Positions 11,979 to 25,557 of a DNA stretch of 64,000 nt are shown here, piece after piece. How positions within the stretch are numbered: position 1 is the first letter of the stretch; every line of letters begins with the position of its first letter. Made by a program: the position numbers and the translations under genes. Under the pieces are notes generated by a model. It worked only from the letters and a program-made list of their open reading frames with translations. It did not search any database and had not been told where the DNA came from. Source of the stretch: Mustelus asterias (lineage: Eukaryota). The stretch is from assembly GCF_964213995.1 (NCBI RefSeq), contig NW_027592005.1, forward strand, positions 1 to 64,000, read 5' to 3'.

Positions 11979-12665
11979 ATTCTGAGTGTCCTGGTTCATG
12001 AGTCACAAAAGGCTAGTAGAAGGGTACAGCAAGTAATTGGGAAAGTTAACATAATGTTATTGTTTATTGTGAGGGGAATTGAATACAAAACAGAGGTTAT
12101 GCTTCTGCTTTACAGAACACTGGCGATTTGGAATATGATTAAAGTATTTGTCTCCTTATTTAAAGAAGAATGTAAATGTGTTAGAAGCAGTTCAGAGAAG
12201 GTCTACTAGACTATACCAGAAATGGGAGGTTCTCTTATGAGGAAAGACTGAGTAGCCTGAGCTTGTATCTGCTGGAGCTTAAAAGAGTAAGAGGCAATTT
12301 GATTCAAATCTTTTTCAGTTCCTGAGGTATTTTGACAGGATCGATTTAAAGAGGATGATTTCTCATGTGAGCGAATCTAATTCTTATTATTGAATACATT
12401 ATTGAAAAATAAAATGTTGCTCAGTTGACACAAAGATGAGAAATAAATGTTTTCTCTTAGAGGGCAGCGAGTCTCTGGGTCTTCCTCAAAAAGCATTGGA
12501 AGCAGTGTCTTTAAATATTTTGAAGGCAGAGCTGGATAGATTCTTGATTAACAAGGGGTAAAAGGAATGTGGATTTGAGGTTACAATCAGATCAACCATG
12601 GTCTTATTGAGTGGTGGAACAGGCTAGAGGGGCCGAGTGGCCTACTCCTGCTCCTAATTTGTATG
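11978..12665 (+). mobile_element. Degraded CR1 3' portion
   Basis: RGIEYKTEVMLLLYRTL motif and typical tail ggggccgagtggcctactcctgctcc. Confidence 0.75.
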
Positions 12666-13479
12666 TTGATATTTGTGTGGAAAGTTATCACAGTATTGCT
12701 GTTTATAAACAAAGCATAGTTATAAATGTTAAGTTATACATTGTTAAGTAAAATAAATTCAGTTTGTGTTCGACATGAAGAGTGTTGAGCTTTTTTAATA
12801 TCTCAAACACAATTTGGATCCTTTGAAGGTCTCTCTTTCCCCTGTCTCCTCCATCTTCACCTCCAGTGTGAGGAGCTCATGGAGCTTCTTTGTCATTAAG
12901 ATTTAGACAATGTAATCAGCTGCCTCTACTGCTTCCCTCCCTTCCCCTAGCCCACCGAGCCAAACTCTCTCTCATGACCCCCCTTTGCTGTAGCCCTGAA
13001 TTTGATCCTTTGTTTCAATTCTCTCCTATCTCTCCTTGTATCCTCTCAGAGTATATCTTTCCAGCAATCCCACCTCCTCCCTCGACCTTATTCCCACTAA
13101 ACTGCTCCTCACCCAGCTTCCCTATTTTCACTGATATCGTTCATGGTTCTCTCCCTTCAGGTATTCCTATGTCCTTCAGTTCTGCCATCATCACCAGCAC
13201 CCTCCCCCAATGAAACCAACCCTTAACTCCCAATATCCTTGTAAACTCTCGCCCCAATCTCTAATCGTCTTTTCCCCTGTAACGTCCTTGTCACCTCCCA
13301 AATCCTGTAACTCCATGTTTCAACCCTCCAATCGGATTTCTGTCTCTGCGCCAGTGCAGACACAGCTCTCTCTCTCACTGTCCTGCTCATTCTGTCTGCA
13401 ATCAGCCCAATTCACCGATGCCTGTAAACAACTCTCTCAGTTATTTTACTTTAAACAAGACTTTTAACCACTGGATAAG

Positions 13480-13697
13480 ACGTTCTCCCCATGTCTGCGT
13501 GGGTTTCCTCCGGGTGCTCTGGTTTCCTCACACTCCAAAGATGTGTGGGTTAGCTTGATTGGCTGTTCTAAATTGACCTTGAGTGTCAGGGGGATTAGCA
13601 GGGTAAATGGGTTATGAGGTTAGGCCTGGGTGGGATTGTTGTTGGTGCAGGTTCCATGGGCCGAATGGCCTCCTTCAGCACTGTAGGGATTCTATGA
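13480..13697 (+). mobile_element. 5'-truncated HE1-like SINE
   Basis: ttctccccatgtctgcgtgggtttcctccgggtgctc...ctgtagggattctatga. Confidence 0.8.
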
Positions 13698-14474
13698 CAG
13701 GAATCTCAGATAATCAATTGAAGGAAGCTTATTTAAAAGAAAAATACTTGTCAATATAGAATGGAAAAATATACTTAACAGAACAGACTTTTATAATTTA
13801 TGTTGGTTGATCAGGCTGAAGATGTGTAATTCCTCGTTTCCATTTTTAACAACAGTCCTGATGAGATTCTTGTTTTGTTGACTTCCAGAAACATAGAAAA
13901 TAGGAGCAGGAATAGGTCATGTGGCCCTTCGATCCTGTTCTGCTGTTCAATATGATCATGACTGATCCCCTATCTCAACACCATTCTCCACTGATCCCCC
14001 CAAACTCCTTGAGGCTTTTAGAGTCTGAATATATCTCAGAAGGTAAACAGATATATTTCTAATGTTTTGGCCTCCGCAGCCTTCTGTGCTGACAAATTCC
14101 ACAAGTTCACCACTCTCTGCATGAAGAAATTTCTCCTCCTCTCACTCATAAACTTCCCCATATCATATTTCATATATTATAATCATATTTGATTTCAGGC
14201 ATTATCAAGATCTTTGTTTTAGATGGTCTTTTATTTCCTAAAAATAACACAAATTTTCTCTGACTTTTTTTCTGAAATTAACCCAAATTCAAGTAGAAAT
14301 ATTATTGTGAAAAAGAAATCGTTTTTGACACTGAGGAACCACCTGGCTGTTAGTTGTTAGTTTCTTTTTGTTCTGACAATGTGATTATTCCCTTAAACTT
14401 TCCCTTTGGATGTTCAAATCAGCCATTCATATCAATTTATTTTGTCAATTTCAATTTGAGGAATAATCTCTTAA

Positions 14475-14610
14475 GATAAAAGCAAATTACTGTGGCTGCT
14501 GGAATCTGAAACAAAAACAGAAAATGCTGGGATCTCAGCAGGTCTGACAGCCTCTGTGGAGAGAGAATAGAGCCAACATTTTGAGTCTAGATGACCCTCC
14601 ATCAGAGCTC
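14475..14610 (-). mobile_element. Penelope-like element terminal fragment with decayed hammerhead motif
   Basis: Minus strand GAGCT-CTGATGG-A-GGGTC-ATCTA-GACTC-AAAATGTT-GGCTC followed by a T-rich tail. Confidence 0.6.
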
Positions 14611-15402
14611 AATAATTACACTCAGCCTTATTGACTTTAAATGGTGATTTACATCAGAGACATAAACGTTTGCAATCAGTTTTGAGGTAACTTCCAACAG
14701 CTGAACAATGCAGTCATGTGGGATCAGGATATTGAATTCGATGATCAGCCCATTGAATTCGATGATTAGCCATGATTATAATGAATGGTGGAGCAGGTTT
14801 GAAGGGCCAAATGGCCTACTCCTGCTTCTCGTTTCTATGACAGCGCATTCCACATCCGGAATTCGGCAGCATTCCGACTTCTGTGCCGCCATCACTGCGT
14901 GTCTGATAATACATTCATTGTCACCAATTAGCAGCAAGGGTGGGTTGTAGACCTTCATTTTGCTCAATGAGTGTTGGAGAGTGGGATGTCTAGTGTTGTA
15001 GACTGCAGGCAGTGACCCAGAACAAGGTCACGGCCAGCACTTTAAAAGGCTCCCTGCATGGGACAGTGTCAGCTGATTCATCAGATGATCATTCGAGTGG
15101 ATTAACTAGACAGAGAAAAGATGTGGGCATTTTCCAGTCTGTCCAGTTAAGTGCATTAAATTGTTAATCTCTGCAAACCATGCCAGTTTTCAGAGGCAGT
15201 AATTTTAAAAATCAGCAATATCTTTTGGCTGTGAGGAGTTGGACATTGGTTACATATTTCCAAATGTCTGTGCCACTGGAGCAGGGGGAGAGGGGAACCA
15301 GAAGGGCCAAACCAGCCTTGAGGCTGCCCTTGGTGTCCTCCTGCATGAGGTTCATCATTGACATGGCCAGCTCATGTCAACCGCTGGCAAGACGGGGAAG
15401 CC

Positions 15403-15519
15403 CAGCCACTCACACAGATACAGAGAGAATGTACAAACTCCCCACAGACAGTCACCCAAGGCCGGAATTGAACCTGGGTCCCTGGCGCTGTGAGGCAGCA
15501 GTGCTAACCACTGTGCCAC
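15403..15519 (-). mobile_element. SINE head fragment
   Basis: Reverse complement gtggcacagtggttagcactgctgcctcacagcgccagggacccaggttcaattcc. Confidence 0.8.
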
Positions 15520-15559
15520 TGTCCAAATCTTTACAGCTGTATTTAACAAACTCTTTTGC

Positions 15560-16035
15560 GAAAGGGGCGTCACAATCAAACCCACAGGTACCAAACCCAA
15601 ACCCACGAATTTTCACCCCAGTCCCAGGAGTTTGGAGACCGGCTGAATAATGGCAGCCGCATACCCACAATCCACGGCGCTGGGGAAACCGCTCTATTCG
15701 CCACGCAAGCAGGCGACCCCGAATGCGCATGTCCAGGGGAGAGGGAAGGTGCGCATGTACGGAGGAGGTCCCACCCACCATTATGTCGCGTGAGACATTC
15801 ACCAATGAGAATAGTTGGAGGACCGGCAGCCCTCTGGTCCTCCAGCCAATCAGAATGCTGTCTTTGTGACAATGCAGATTGAGCTTCATGCAGACAGAAA
15901 CGTTCTCCTGTCTCCGACATCTGTCAGTGAAACACTTTCTTTTCAACCCCCTTCTCATTCTGGGGGAAACTGGGGACTTGCAGCAACTGAAGGGAAAGGA
16001 AGTGAATCCAGGGAGGCTGCAGACTCTGGTAAGGT
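15560..16035 (+). promoter_or_regulatory. Promoter and putative first exon of ZNF-D
   Basis: TGCGCATG twice, CCAAT twice, YY1-like AATGGCAGC, donor-like GGTAAG near 16028; paralogous to 32200-32800. Confidence 0.65.
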
Positions 16036-16669
16036 TGCCCCAAGCCTTTCTCTTTTAAAGACATTAACATTCTTTAGCTCCCTCAGCTTAATACATTTAT
16101 TTGTCTGGCTAAAAGGATGGTCTATATTCGTAATGGTCACAATTAAAGGGGTGGATCCCCAGGAGATAGCTGATATTAAGGAGACAGTAAATTAATACAG
16201 GACAGGGATATGTCGAGTGTTGTTCTATGATGTGTATTAGATGCAGGGTAAGAATGGCGGGAGAAAGTAAAGAATTTTCTATAAAAACTAGAATTGTCTT
16301 TTCTGAATTTCTAAGTTGCACTGACAGTGATGAATTTTGGAACTCATTTTACAGAATATCAGAATTGGACTTCTCAAAACAAATATTCGTGGTGATCTGC
16401 CAGATTAACTTGATAAATCGGGACCTGAACAACATCAGCCTTTGGAATCTATAAAGAGAAATATTTCTCTGTTCTGTCTGCTTCAAGAGATTTCAACCAT
16501 AAGTGTGATTGGAAAACGTGGAGACACAGACATGAGTGGGTGTTCCTGTGCACTGACTGTGGAATAAAGCTTCAACCAGTTACACAGCTTGAAAAGACAT
16601 CACTAGTCACTATTCAGGTTTTTTATGTATGGACAAGGCTTCAACTGACTGTCAAACTGGGAGAGACAC

Positions 16670-17755
16670 ATGGACACCTACACCATGGAGAAACCATGGA
16701 AATGTGGAGACTGTGGTAAAGGATTCAATTTCCCATATCAGCTGGAAACTCATCGACGCAGTCTCACTGGGGAGAGGCCTTTCACTTGCTTGGAGTGTGG
16801 GAAGGGATTCGCTCATTCATCCTCCCTGCAGACACACAAACGAGTTCACACAGGGGAGAGGCCATTCACCTGCCCTGAGTGTGGGAAAGGATTCACAAGT
16901 TCATCCCACCTGCTGACACACAAGCGAGTTCACACTGGGGAGAGGCCATTCACCTGCTCCGATTGTGGAAAGGGATTCAGTGATTCATCCAACCTGTTGA
17001 TGCACCAGCGAGTTCACACCAGGGAGAGGCGGTTCACCTGCTCGGAGTGCGGGAAGGAATTCACTCAGTTATCCCACCTCCAGTCACACGAGCGCATTCA
17101 CACCGGGGAGAGACCATTCAGCTGCTCTGAGTGTGGGAAGGCATTCAGTGATTCATCCAACCTGCTGAGGCACCAGCGAGTTCACACTGGGGAGAGGCCA
17201 TTCGCCTGCTCCGAGTGTGGGAAGGGATTTACTGATTCATCCAACCTGCTGATGCACCAGAGGGTTCATACCAGAGAGAGACCATTCCCCTGCTCAATGT
17301 GTGGGATGAGATTCAGTGATTCATTCAGTCTGCTGATGCACCAACGAGTTCACACTGGGGAGAAACCATTCACCTGCTCTACCTGTGGGAAGGGATTTAG
17401 TCGCTCATCCCATCTGTTGATGCACCAGCGAATTCACACTGGGGAGAGGCCATTCACCTGCCCCGAATGTGGGAGGGGATTCACTGATTCATCGCATCTG
17501 TTGATACACCAGCGAGTTCACACTGGGGAGAGACCGTTGACCTGCCCCGATTGTGGGAAGGGATTCCCAGATGCATCCAATCTGCAGAAACACCGACGAG
17601 TGCACACTGGGGAGAGGCCATTCACTTGCTCTGATTGTGGGAAAGCATTTACTCAGTCATCCCACCTGCAGACACACCTGCGAGTTCACACCGGAGAGAG
17701 ACCATTCACCTGCTCTCAGTGTGGGAAGGGATTCAGTAATTCATCCAACCTGTAG
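16670..17755 (+). CDS. C2H2 zinc-finger protein ZNF-D (about 12 fingers; 13th cut by TAG)
   Basis: [12 protein letters not shown]...; TAG replaces CAG; the frame continues with one more finger to TGA 17861. Confidence 0.85.
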   Translation: MDTYTMEKPWKCGDCGKGFNFPYQLETHRRSLTGERPFTCLECGKGFAHSSSLQTHKRVHTGERPFTCPECGKGFTSSSHLLTHKRVHTGERPFTCSDCGKGFSDSSNLLMHQRVHTRERRFTCSECGKEFTQLSHLQSHERIHTGERPFSCSECGKAFSDSSNLLRHQRVHTGERPFACSECGKGFTDSSNLLMHQRVHTRERPFPCSMCGMRFSDSFSLLMHQRVHTGEKPFTCSTCGKGFSRSSHLLMHQRIHTGERPFTCPECGRGFTDSSHLLIHQRVHTGERPLTCPDCGKGFPDASNLQKHRRVHTGERPFTCSDCGKAFTQSSHLQTHLRVHTGERPFTCSQCGKGFSNSSNL

Positions 17756-17860
<105 letters not shown>

Positions 17861-19821
17861 TGATGACAGGGTTGGATTCTGCTGTTATTGCTGCTGTTCA
17901 TCATGTCCAGGACTGAACCATTTTGGTGAAGTTTCTTTCTGCTGGACTGGCTGGTCTCGATGTTGATTCCAGTGGGTTGATGCACTTTGAGCCTGGGAGA
18001 GCACATTTCTACTGAAATGATCCACAAAAGCTGATGAAGGATATTTATTTTATCTTGGATAGTAAATAGTGCTTTTAATAGCACTCCAGGTAGATCTAAA
18101 ATACATTTGTCTCTGTTCCATTGAGTCTACAGCACAGGGCCAGGCCAGTCGGCCCAATCAGTCTGCGTCACTATTTATACGCAACATAAGTTTCCACCCA
18201 CCCCTCTTCATCTTCCTCATCAGCATATCCTTCTATTTCTTTCTCCCTCATGTATGTATCGAGCTTCCCCTTCAATGTATCCATGCTGTTCACCTCAACC
18301 ACTCGCTGTGGTAGGGAGTTCCACATTCTCACCACTCGCTGGTAAAGAGGTTTCTCACTGAAATACCTATTGGAATATTGAACCCCTTCATAATTTTAAA
18401 GACTTCCATCAGATCACTTCTTCGTCTTCTCTTTGGAGAAAACCACCCCATCATTCAAAATGTGGCAAATTTAGACTCAACCTTTAACAATGATTTTGAT
18501 GCAGGGACTGAGTGTAATATATACAATATTGTGGAGAACAAAAAAAAATTGCATTTCTGTAGCACCTCTCACAACCACAGGGTGTCAGATGAACATATGA
18601 TTCAGGAGCCTGTTCTGCCATTCAACACGATCATGGCTGATCTAATTGAAACCTCAACTCCACATTCCCACCTCCCCCGATAACCTTTCACCACCTTGTT
18701 TCTCTATCTATGCCTTTGTCCTGAAGCATTATACAGTGAATGAAGTTCTGTGAATTGTAGTGACTGTTGTAATGGAAGAAATTGCAGGCCTGAGTAACCA
18801 AATTTAGTTTCAAAAATCAATCGCTTTCATACCATATAAGAACATAAGAACATAAGAAATAGGAGCAGGAGTAGGCCATCTGGCCCTTCGAGCCTGCCCC
18901 GCCATTCAACAAGATCATGGCTGATCTGAAGCGAATCAGTTCCACTTAGCCACCTGCTCCCCCTATCCCCTAATTCCCTTATCGATCAGAAAACTATCTA
19001 TATTCATTGCTATAAGTAACAAGGTCAAGGAAACCATTTTAAAATCGAACATGTGGCTTCTAACAGTCTATTCCCCTTCTGTCACTGGCTTTATTAGCTA
19101 CAAATTGATTGTATATGAAAAGCCAGTCATGTAACATACGATTATTCAGGAATGAACCTTGAATAAGCTATCGTCAGTGACTCAGTGTAATAGACAATTA
19201 TATAAAGGCTAGATCTTTATTTTAAAATATTAACATTGAATAACCTGAAAAGTTTCCAGAAACCGCAGAGCCGGCAGAAGTTGTTTAAAGAAATAAATTA
19301 TTTTATAATTTTGATAAGCTACAGGATATCATATTCTTCCAAAGTCCAACTAAAGAATAAGGTTCATTGTTCAGTCTGGTCAGGATTAGTAAGGAAGAAA
19401 GCTGTTATCTTTCGACAAACTGTCTTTTTGAACCAGTCTATCTTGTAGTAACCAAGTTTATTAACTAAAGATTACTGTATTAATTAGCTCGCATTCAGTA
19501 ACAAATAACTGGAGAAGTAGTGAGATTTAATTGAGTTACGGTTAATAAATCGATAAAGAATGTCATTTTTTTATCTATTAGTGTCACAAGTAGTCTTATA
19601 GTAAAAGACTGAGTTTTATTTGCTGTAAAAACATATCATTTGAATTGCTGTGTATGTGAAGAATGTGCAATGATGATAAATGTACTGGTAAGAGAGACCT
19701 TCAAGCTCTGATTTGTCTCAGAATTTGAAATTGTCTGAATACCTGATTGTATAGAATCAGATAAAGGGTTAGTATGAAACTGTGCAATTGTATTCCTGTC
19801 TAAGATTTTGAGAGAAGGTGG

Positions 19822-20282
19822 TGTCAGTAATTGGGGATCCGGTTAAATTAATCTGGTAACCAAATTGACCAAGTGTCATGTCACAATCAGCCCAACTCTG
19901 ATGTCAGGTAATGGTCACTTTGGGGATAAAAGTAGATTCCCAACATCTTCCCTGCCAGCCAAGTACTGAATATTCACAGGGTCGAGTTCCAGGTAAATTA
20001 TTGTCAAAGAAGGAACCAGACTTCTGAGGTTGAAATCCACAAGAATTCCTGTCAAAGAAGGAGCCAGAGAGGGTTAACCTTCGACAGACTGATCACCCAC
20101 ATCAAGCTGTAAAAGCCAATGTTTGAAGTAAACATTTCTTGTTGAATAAATTTATTTTTAAAATGTACTCACCGGAGAATCCTGCTGTTGCCTTAATTGG
20201 TTAAAATATTCTTTGATCCAAAGTGAATTTGTTAAATGGCAAGTTTTGGGGGTGGCTGAAGTCAATTCAGATTCAGATATCA
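19822..20282 (+). mobile_element. Candidate LTR preceded by a polypurine tract
   Basis: gagagaaggtgg then TGTCAG at 19822, AATAAA near 20145, CA end near 20282 (uncertain). Confidence 0.35.
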
Positions 20283-20311
20283 AGATCAGGGAACACAAAT
20301 CTGAAATTAAA

Positions 20312-20722
20312 AAACTTGCATTTAGCATCGTTCAGGACCACAGGGTGTCCCAATGCACTTTCCAACCAATGAAGCAGCTTTGAAGTGTGGTCGTTGTTGT
20401 AATGCAGGAAATGTGGCAGCTAATGTGTACACAGCAAGATCCCAAAAGCAGCAACATGATCACGAGCAGATGATCTGTTTATAGTGATGTTGATTGATAA
20501 ATATTGGTCAAGACTCTGGGGATAGGCCCCCTGCTCTTCTTCAAAATCATACCCATGGCAACATCTATGTCCTTGAAGGGGCAGATGGGGTACTTGGGTT
20601 GGCATCTCATCCTAAAGGCAGCAGCTCTAATAATGCAGCACTCCCTCAGTGCTGGCACTTTGAATGTTGGCCTCAGGTCAATGGACTGGGATTGGAAAGA
20701 ACAATCTTCTGATTCAGAGTGA
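20312..20722 (-). mobile_element. DeuSINE (SacSINE1/AmnSINE1-like)
   Basis: Minus strand has gcactgagggagtgctgca, gaagaagagcagggg, gggatcttgctgtg and cttcattggttggaaagtgc...aatgcaagt, matching my recollection of the Deu-domain consensus. Confidence 0.75.
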
Positions 20723-20723
20723 A

Positions 20724-21140
20724 GATTTGATTTATTATCATCACATGTATTAGTATACAGTGAAAAATATTGTTTCTTGCATGCTATACAGACAAAGCAT
20801 ACCGTTCATAGAGAAGGAAAGGAGAGAGTGCAGAATGTAGTGTTACAGTCACAGCTAGAATGTAGAGAAAGATCAACTTAATATGAGGTAGGTCCATTCA
20901 AAAGTCTGATGGCAGCAGGGAAGTCAGTTGGTATGTGTCCTCAGACTTTTGTATCTTTTTCCCAATGGAAGAAGGTGGAAGGGAGAATGTCTGGGCTGTG
21001 TAGGGTCCTTGATTATGCTGGCTGTTTTTCCGAAGCAGCAGGAAGTGTAGACACAGGCAATGGATGGGAGGCTGGTTTGTGAGATAGACTGGGTACATTC
21101 ACCACCCTTTGCAGTTTCTTGTGGAAGCGTGTGGATCCAC
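20724..21140 (-). mobile_element. Rex1/Babar LINE 3' end
   Basis: Translates ASIIKDP...FHLLPLGKRYKSLRTHTN, the typical Rex1 C-terminus; second copy at 31590-32040. Confidence 0.7.
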
Positions 21141-21167
21141 TGCGCTGTGGCTGATACAATAGACAAT

Positions 21168-21650
21168 AGACAGGTTCACAAGGATGTTGCCGGGACTTGA
21201 GAAGCTGAGTTACAGAGAGAGATTGAATAGGTTGGGACTTTATTCCCTGGAGCGTAGAAGATTGAGGGGAGATTTGATAGAGGTGTATAAGATTTTGATG
21301 GGTAGAGATAGAGTGAATGCAAGCAGGATTTTTCCGCTGAGGCGAGGGGAGAAAAAAACCAGAGGGCATGGGTTAAGGGTGAAAGGAGAAAAGTTTAAAG
21401 GGAATATTAGGGGGGGCTTCTTCACGCAGAGAGTGGTGGGAGTGTGGAATGAGCTGCCAGATAAAGTGGTAAATGCAGGGTCACTTTTAACATTTAAGAA
21501 AAACTTGGACGGGTTCATGGATGAGAGGGGTGTGGAGGGATATGGTCCAAGTGCAGGTCAGTGGGACTAGGCATAAAATGGTTCGGCACAGACAAGAAGG
21601 GCCAAAAGGCCTGTTTCTGAGCTGTAATTTTCTATGGTTCTATGGTTCTA
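21168..21650 (+). mobile_element. CR1 3' end
   Basis: MLPGLEKLSYRERLNRLGLYSLERRRLRGDLIEVYKI...FFTQRVV; ttctatgg tail. Confidence 0.92.
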
Positions 21651-22344
21651 ATTCAAAGTTAGAAAGGGAAAGTTATTCTTCGCCTCCAGTGCCTCAATGT
21701 CAAAATAACAACCTCATACAAAAATAGGTATTGAATGCACAAATGTTGAAGAGTTTGTTTGGAGCCACAAGTTTCAAGTTCCCATTTCAGCCTGGGGCAC
21801 CTTTCTCTCTCTGTTGCTCATGTTAGTGACAGCCAGGTGACGGAGTTGAGAGCTGAATTTAGCTGAGAATAACAGGGCCTGAGCCTCAATTGGGAAGCTG
21901 CCCTGGGCGTCGCACTGATAGAGATTCAGGAATGTGCTGGAGGACTGACTGGGAAATGGGCCTCCAGCCAATCGGGGCAGGAGACGGGGCGATTGGGGCA
22001 GATGGTGACGGAACCCCTGGGGTTCAGTCCATGTTCCCAAAGTGTGGAGTCACAGTAACAGGGTGCAGAGGAGCTGAAGAGAAACCATTTGGGCCCAGAG
22101 CATTGTGAACATCCTTTTAATCTATAGAATTGGGATTCGGGGAGTCCATTAACCCTTTATTCTCTTTTCCCAAACTCTGAAATGATTCCCAGTGATAACC
22201 CTTATTGGTGACAGTGGTTAGATTTTATTCAGTATCAATAAGAGCTGACACTGTCTAATGTCTGAGCAGTCGTATCAAAGTGCAGCAGCATTCCCATTAC
22301 ACTCTGGGTAGAAGCAGCATCTCCATGTAAATACTCCCTGGTTG

Positions 22345-22566
22345 CCTGCCACAGTCCAAAGATGTACAGGTTAGGCAGATTGACCAATGCTAAATTGCCC
22401 CATAGATGTCCCAAGATGTTATGGTTAGGGGGATTAGTGGGGTAAATGCGTGGGGTTATGGGGCTAGCGTGGGAGGGGTGTGTCTGGGGAAGATGCTCTG
22501 ACAGAGAGTCGGTGCAGACTCGATGGGCCAAATGGTCTCCTTCTGCATTGTCGGGATTCTATGATT
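22345..22566 (+). mobile_element. SINE 3' half
   Basis: cacagtccaaagatgtacaggttagg...gggattctatgatt. Confidence 0.7.
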
Positions 22567-22864
22567 ACCATAATTACCACAATCAGTTCCAGACAGGAAA
22601 CTTAAACCTGCTGTTTCGCTCTCACTCAGGAACAGATCCCAGTTTTACAACAATCTCTGATTTGACGGCATGTTTCCAGCATTCACTGTTGTTCTTCCTG
22701 ACTCTAAACACAGTTGTAAAGGAGCCTCTGTTCCATGTCTAGGAGCTCTGAACCATGGAAGAGAGCAGCTGGGACACATTTCTTACCCACCTCAGGTTTA
22801 ACCCACACATTTAGTCCTCAATGTGATCAACAGCAGCAATAACAGAGAACTCCAACCTCTGCAC

Positions 22865-23623
22865 TCACTTGTGAATTTGCTGGTGTGTCAGCAGGTTAGA
22901 AGATTGAGTGAATCCCTTCCCACACATGGAGCAGGTGAATGGTCTCTCCACAGTGTGAGTTCGTTGGTGTTTCAATAGATGAGATGAACAAGTAAATCTC
23001 TTCCCACACTCAGAGCAGGCGAATGGCCGCTCTCCGCTGTGAACTCGCCGGTGTGTCAGCAGTGCGGCTGATCGAGTGAATCCCTTCCCACACTCGGAGC
23101 AGGTGAACGGCCTCTCTCCAGTGTGAGTCCGTCGATGTCTCAGCAGATTATCACTGTTTTTAAAGCTCTCCTCACAGTCAGGACATTTGAAAGTTCTTGC
23201 ATCAGAGTGAGTGCGCTGGTGTCTCAGCAGGTTGGATGAATTAATGAACCCCTTCCCACACATGGAGCAGGTGAACGGCCTCTCCCCAGTGTGAGTGCGC
23301 TGATGTACAGTGAATTCAGATGATTTCCTGAACCCAGTCCCACAGTGAAAGCACCTGAATGGCCTCTGGTCAGTGTGAACACGTTGATGGGACATCAGGT
23401 CCCCAGAACTTTTATAGCCCTTCCCGCAGTCTGGGCATTTAAAAGGTCTCAGGTCAGTGTGAACTCGCTGGTGTTGCAGCAGGTTGGATGACTCTCTGAA
23501 TCCCTTCCCACACATGGAGCAGGTGAATGGCCTCTCCCCAGTGTGAGTGCGCTGATGGATTTCCAGCTGGGACGGCCATTTGAATCCCTTCCCACAATCC
23601 TCACATTTCCATGGTTTCTCCAT
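22865..23623 (-). CDS. C2H2 zinc-finger protein ZNF-E (9 fingers, intact)
   Basis: ATG of [10 protein letters not shown] at 23623; ends HQQIHK*. Confidence 0.9.
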   Translation of the reverse strand: MEKPWKCEDCGKGFKWPSQLEIHQRTHTGERPFTCSMCGKGFRESSNLLQHQRVHTDLRPFKCPDCGKGYKSSGDLMSHQRVHTDQRPFRCFHCGTGFRKSSEFTVHQRTHTGERPFTCSMCGKGFINSSNLLRHQRTHSDARTFKCPDCEESFKNSDNLLRHRRTHTGERPFTCSECGKGFTRSAALLTHRRVHSGERPFACSECGKRFTCSSHLLKHQRTHTVERPFTCSMCGKGFTQSSNLLTHQQIHK

Positions 23624-24239
23624 GGTGCCGATGTGCCTCTCCAGGTTGGTGATCAGTTGAAGCCTTGTCCACACCCAAACGCATGTACGGTTTCTCCTCG
23701 TCGTGAATGGTGTGATGTTTTTTCATGCTGTGTCACTGGTTAAAGCTCTTTCCACAGTCAGTTCACTGGAACATTCTCACTTGTGTGTCTCGCTGCTTTT
23801 CCAGTCACACTGATGTTTGAAATATTTTCCCACAGACAGAACAAACAAACATTTCTCCTTCCACATTGATATTCAGGTCCTGATGAATCGAATGACTGTC
23901 AGATCTCAATGTGATGTTTGATTTAAGTTTCCCACCTGTCAATCCTCCCATCCTAATCCCCTGTAAAAGGAGTTTTACAGAAGTTATCAGTGTAAATACA
24001 GGATAGAAATTCAGAACAGACAATTCTAGTTTGGATGGAACATTCTTTCCTTTCTTATTCCCTCCAATCATATGGTCCAAACGAACTGAAAGACAAAAAT
24101 CAACAACCAAAGCCTCAACAAAACCAATGGGAACCTTCCTAACTGAACCAGAAAGTTCTGACCAGTGTGACTGATCCTTTTATGTGACTCAGGCACTAGG
24201 ACCCAGTTAAAAACAGAAATCCTGAATCCCGTCCACTCT

Positions 24240-24570
24240 CTGTTGTGTCACAATGGGCGTCACCAAGACGTCAGCGCATGCGCTCTGCCCTCCGCTGAAC
24301 TAAGATGGCGGCTGGTAACCGGGGTCTTCGCCCCGGGAGAACAAACCGGAGCTGCAAACGCGGAACCTGCAGGTCCGTATTCGCGGTTTGAGGCTTTCAG
24401 CAGGTATTTAGAAACCCTCCCCGTTCACCCGCCGACTCCATCGGCCCTGCGCGTTTCCACATCTTCACCGGCTGCGGATCAGACAAAAGGATCCTCTCTC
24501 CCCTTCGCCATCACTGACATCGCGCATGCTCCCGACCATGTTCGGTACTGCGCCTGCGCACTGTTCCCCT
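24240..24570. promoter_or_regulatory. CpG-rich divergent promoter
   Basis: GCGCATGCGC near 24274, AAGATGGCGG (YY1) at 24302, GACGTCA, and further GCGCATGC/GCGCCTGCGCA at 24520-24561. Confidence 0.7.
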
Positions 24571-24585
24571 ATGGTGTGGCTAGGG

Positions 24586-25180
24586 GATAAAGAACAAAGA
24601 ACAGTACAGCACAGGAACAGGCCCTTCAGCCCACAAGCCTGCGCCCATCACGTTGTCCTATCTAAACCAACCGCTTATATCCCTCTATACACCGTCTGTT
24701 CATGTTTTTATCCAGATAAGTTTTAAATGTTGCTAATGTATCTGCCTCGACCACCTCACTTGGCAGTGCATTCCAGGCCCCACCACCCACTGTGTAAAAA
24801 AAACGTCCCCCCCCCCCCCCCCCCCCGTGTCTCCACTGAACTTTTCCCCCCCTTACTTTGAATTGTGCCCCCTTGTGATTGTCATTTCTGCCCAGGAAGA
24901 AAGCTTCCAACTGTTACCTTACCTACGCCCCTCATAATTTTATAAACTTCTATCAGGTTGCCCCATGGCCTCCATCTTTCCAGTTTATTCAATCTTTCCT
25001 CATAGCTAATACTCTCCATACCATGCAACATCCTGGTAAACATTTTCTGTACTCCCTCCAAAGCCACCACGTCCTTCTGGTAGAATGCCGACCAGAATTG
25101 GACACAGTATTCCAAATGTGACCTAACCAATATTTTATATGACTGTAACATAATTTGCCAACTTTTATACTCAACATTCA
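24586..25180 (-). mobile_element. CR1 3' end
   Basis: EYKSWQIMLQSYKILVRSHLEYCVQFWS and AWNALPSEVVEA motifs. Confidence 0.9.
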
Positions 25181-25264
25181 CCACCGTGGGGGATGTTGGT
25201 TAAAATCACCACCTTTGAAAGTCCCAAATAGTTAAGTCAGTTTTTGCTTTGATGTGAAAATTAA

Positions 25265-25557
25265 GGTGGCACGGTGGTTAGCACTGCTGCCTCACAGCGC
25301 CAGGGACACGGATTCGATTCCCAGCCTTGTGGAGTCTGTGTGGAGTTTGCACGTTCTCTCTGTGTCTGCGTGAGTTCCCTCTGGCTGCTCTGGTTTCCTC
25401 CCAGAGTCCGAAAGACGTGCTGGTTAGGTACATTGGCCATGCTAAATTCTCCCTCAGTGTACCCGAGCAGGCGCCGGAGTGTGGCGACTATGGGGTTTTC
25501 ACAGTAACTTCATTGCAATGTGAATGTAAGCCTACTTATGATGCTAATAGATAAATA
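25265..25557 (+). mobile_element. tRNA-derived SINE (second tail subtype)
   Basis: ggtggcacggtggttagcactgctgcctcacagcgccagggacacggattcgattcc. Confidence 0.85.

Noticed and set aside
14850-15395. Possible RTE-type LINE remnant (KMKVYN on the minus strand)
   Set aside because: Too degraded to support without a database search.
24807-24826. Poly-C run (also 49377-49443)
   Set aside because: Low-complexity expansions inside CR1 fragments, with lengths unreliable in assemblies.
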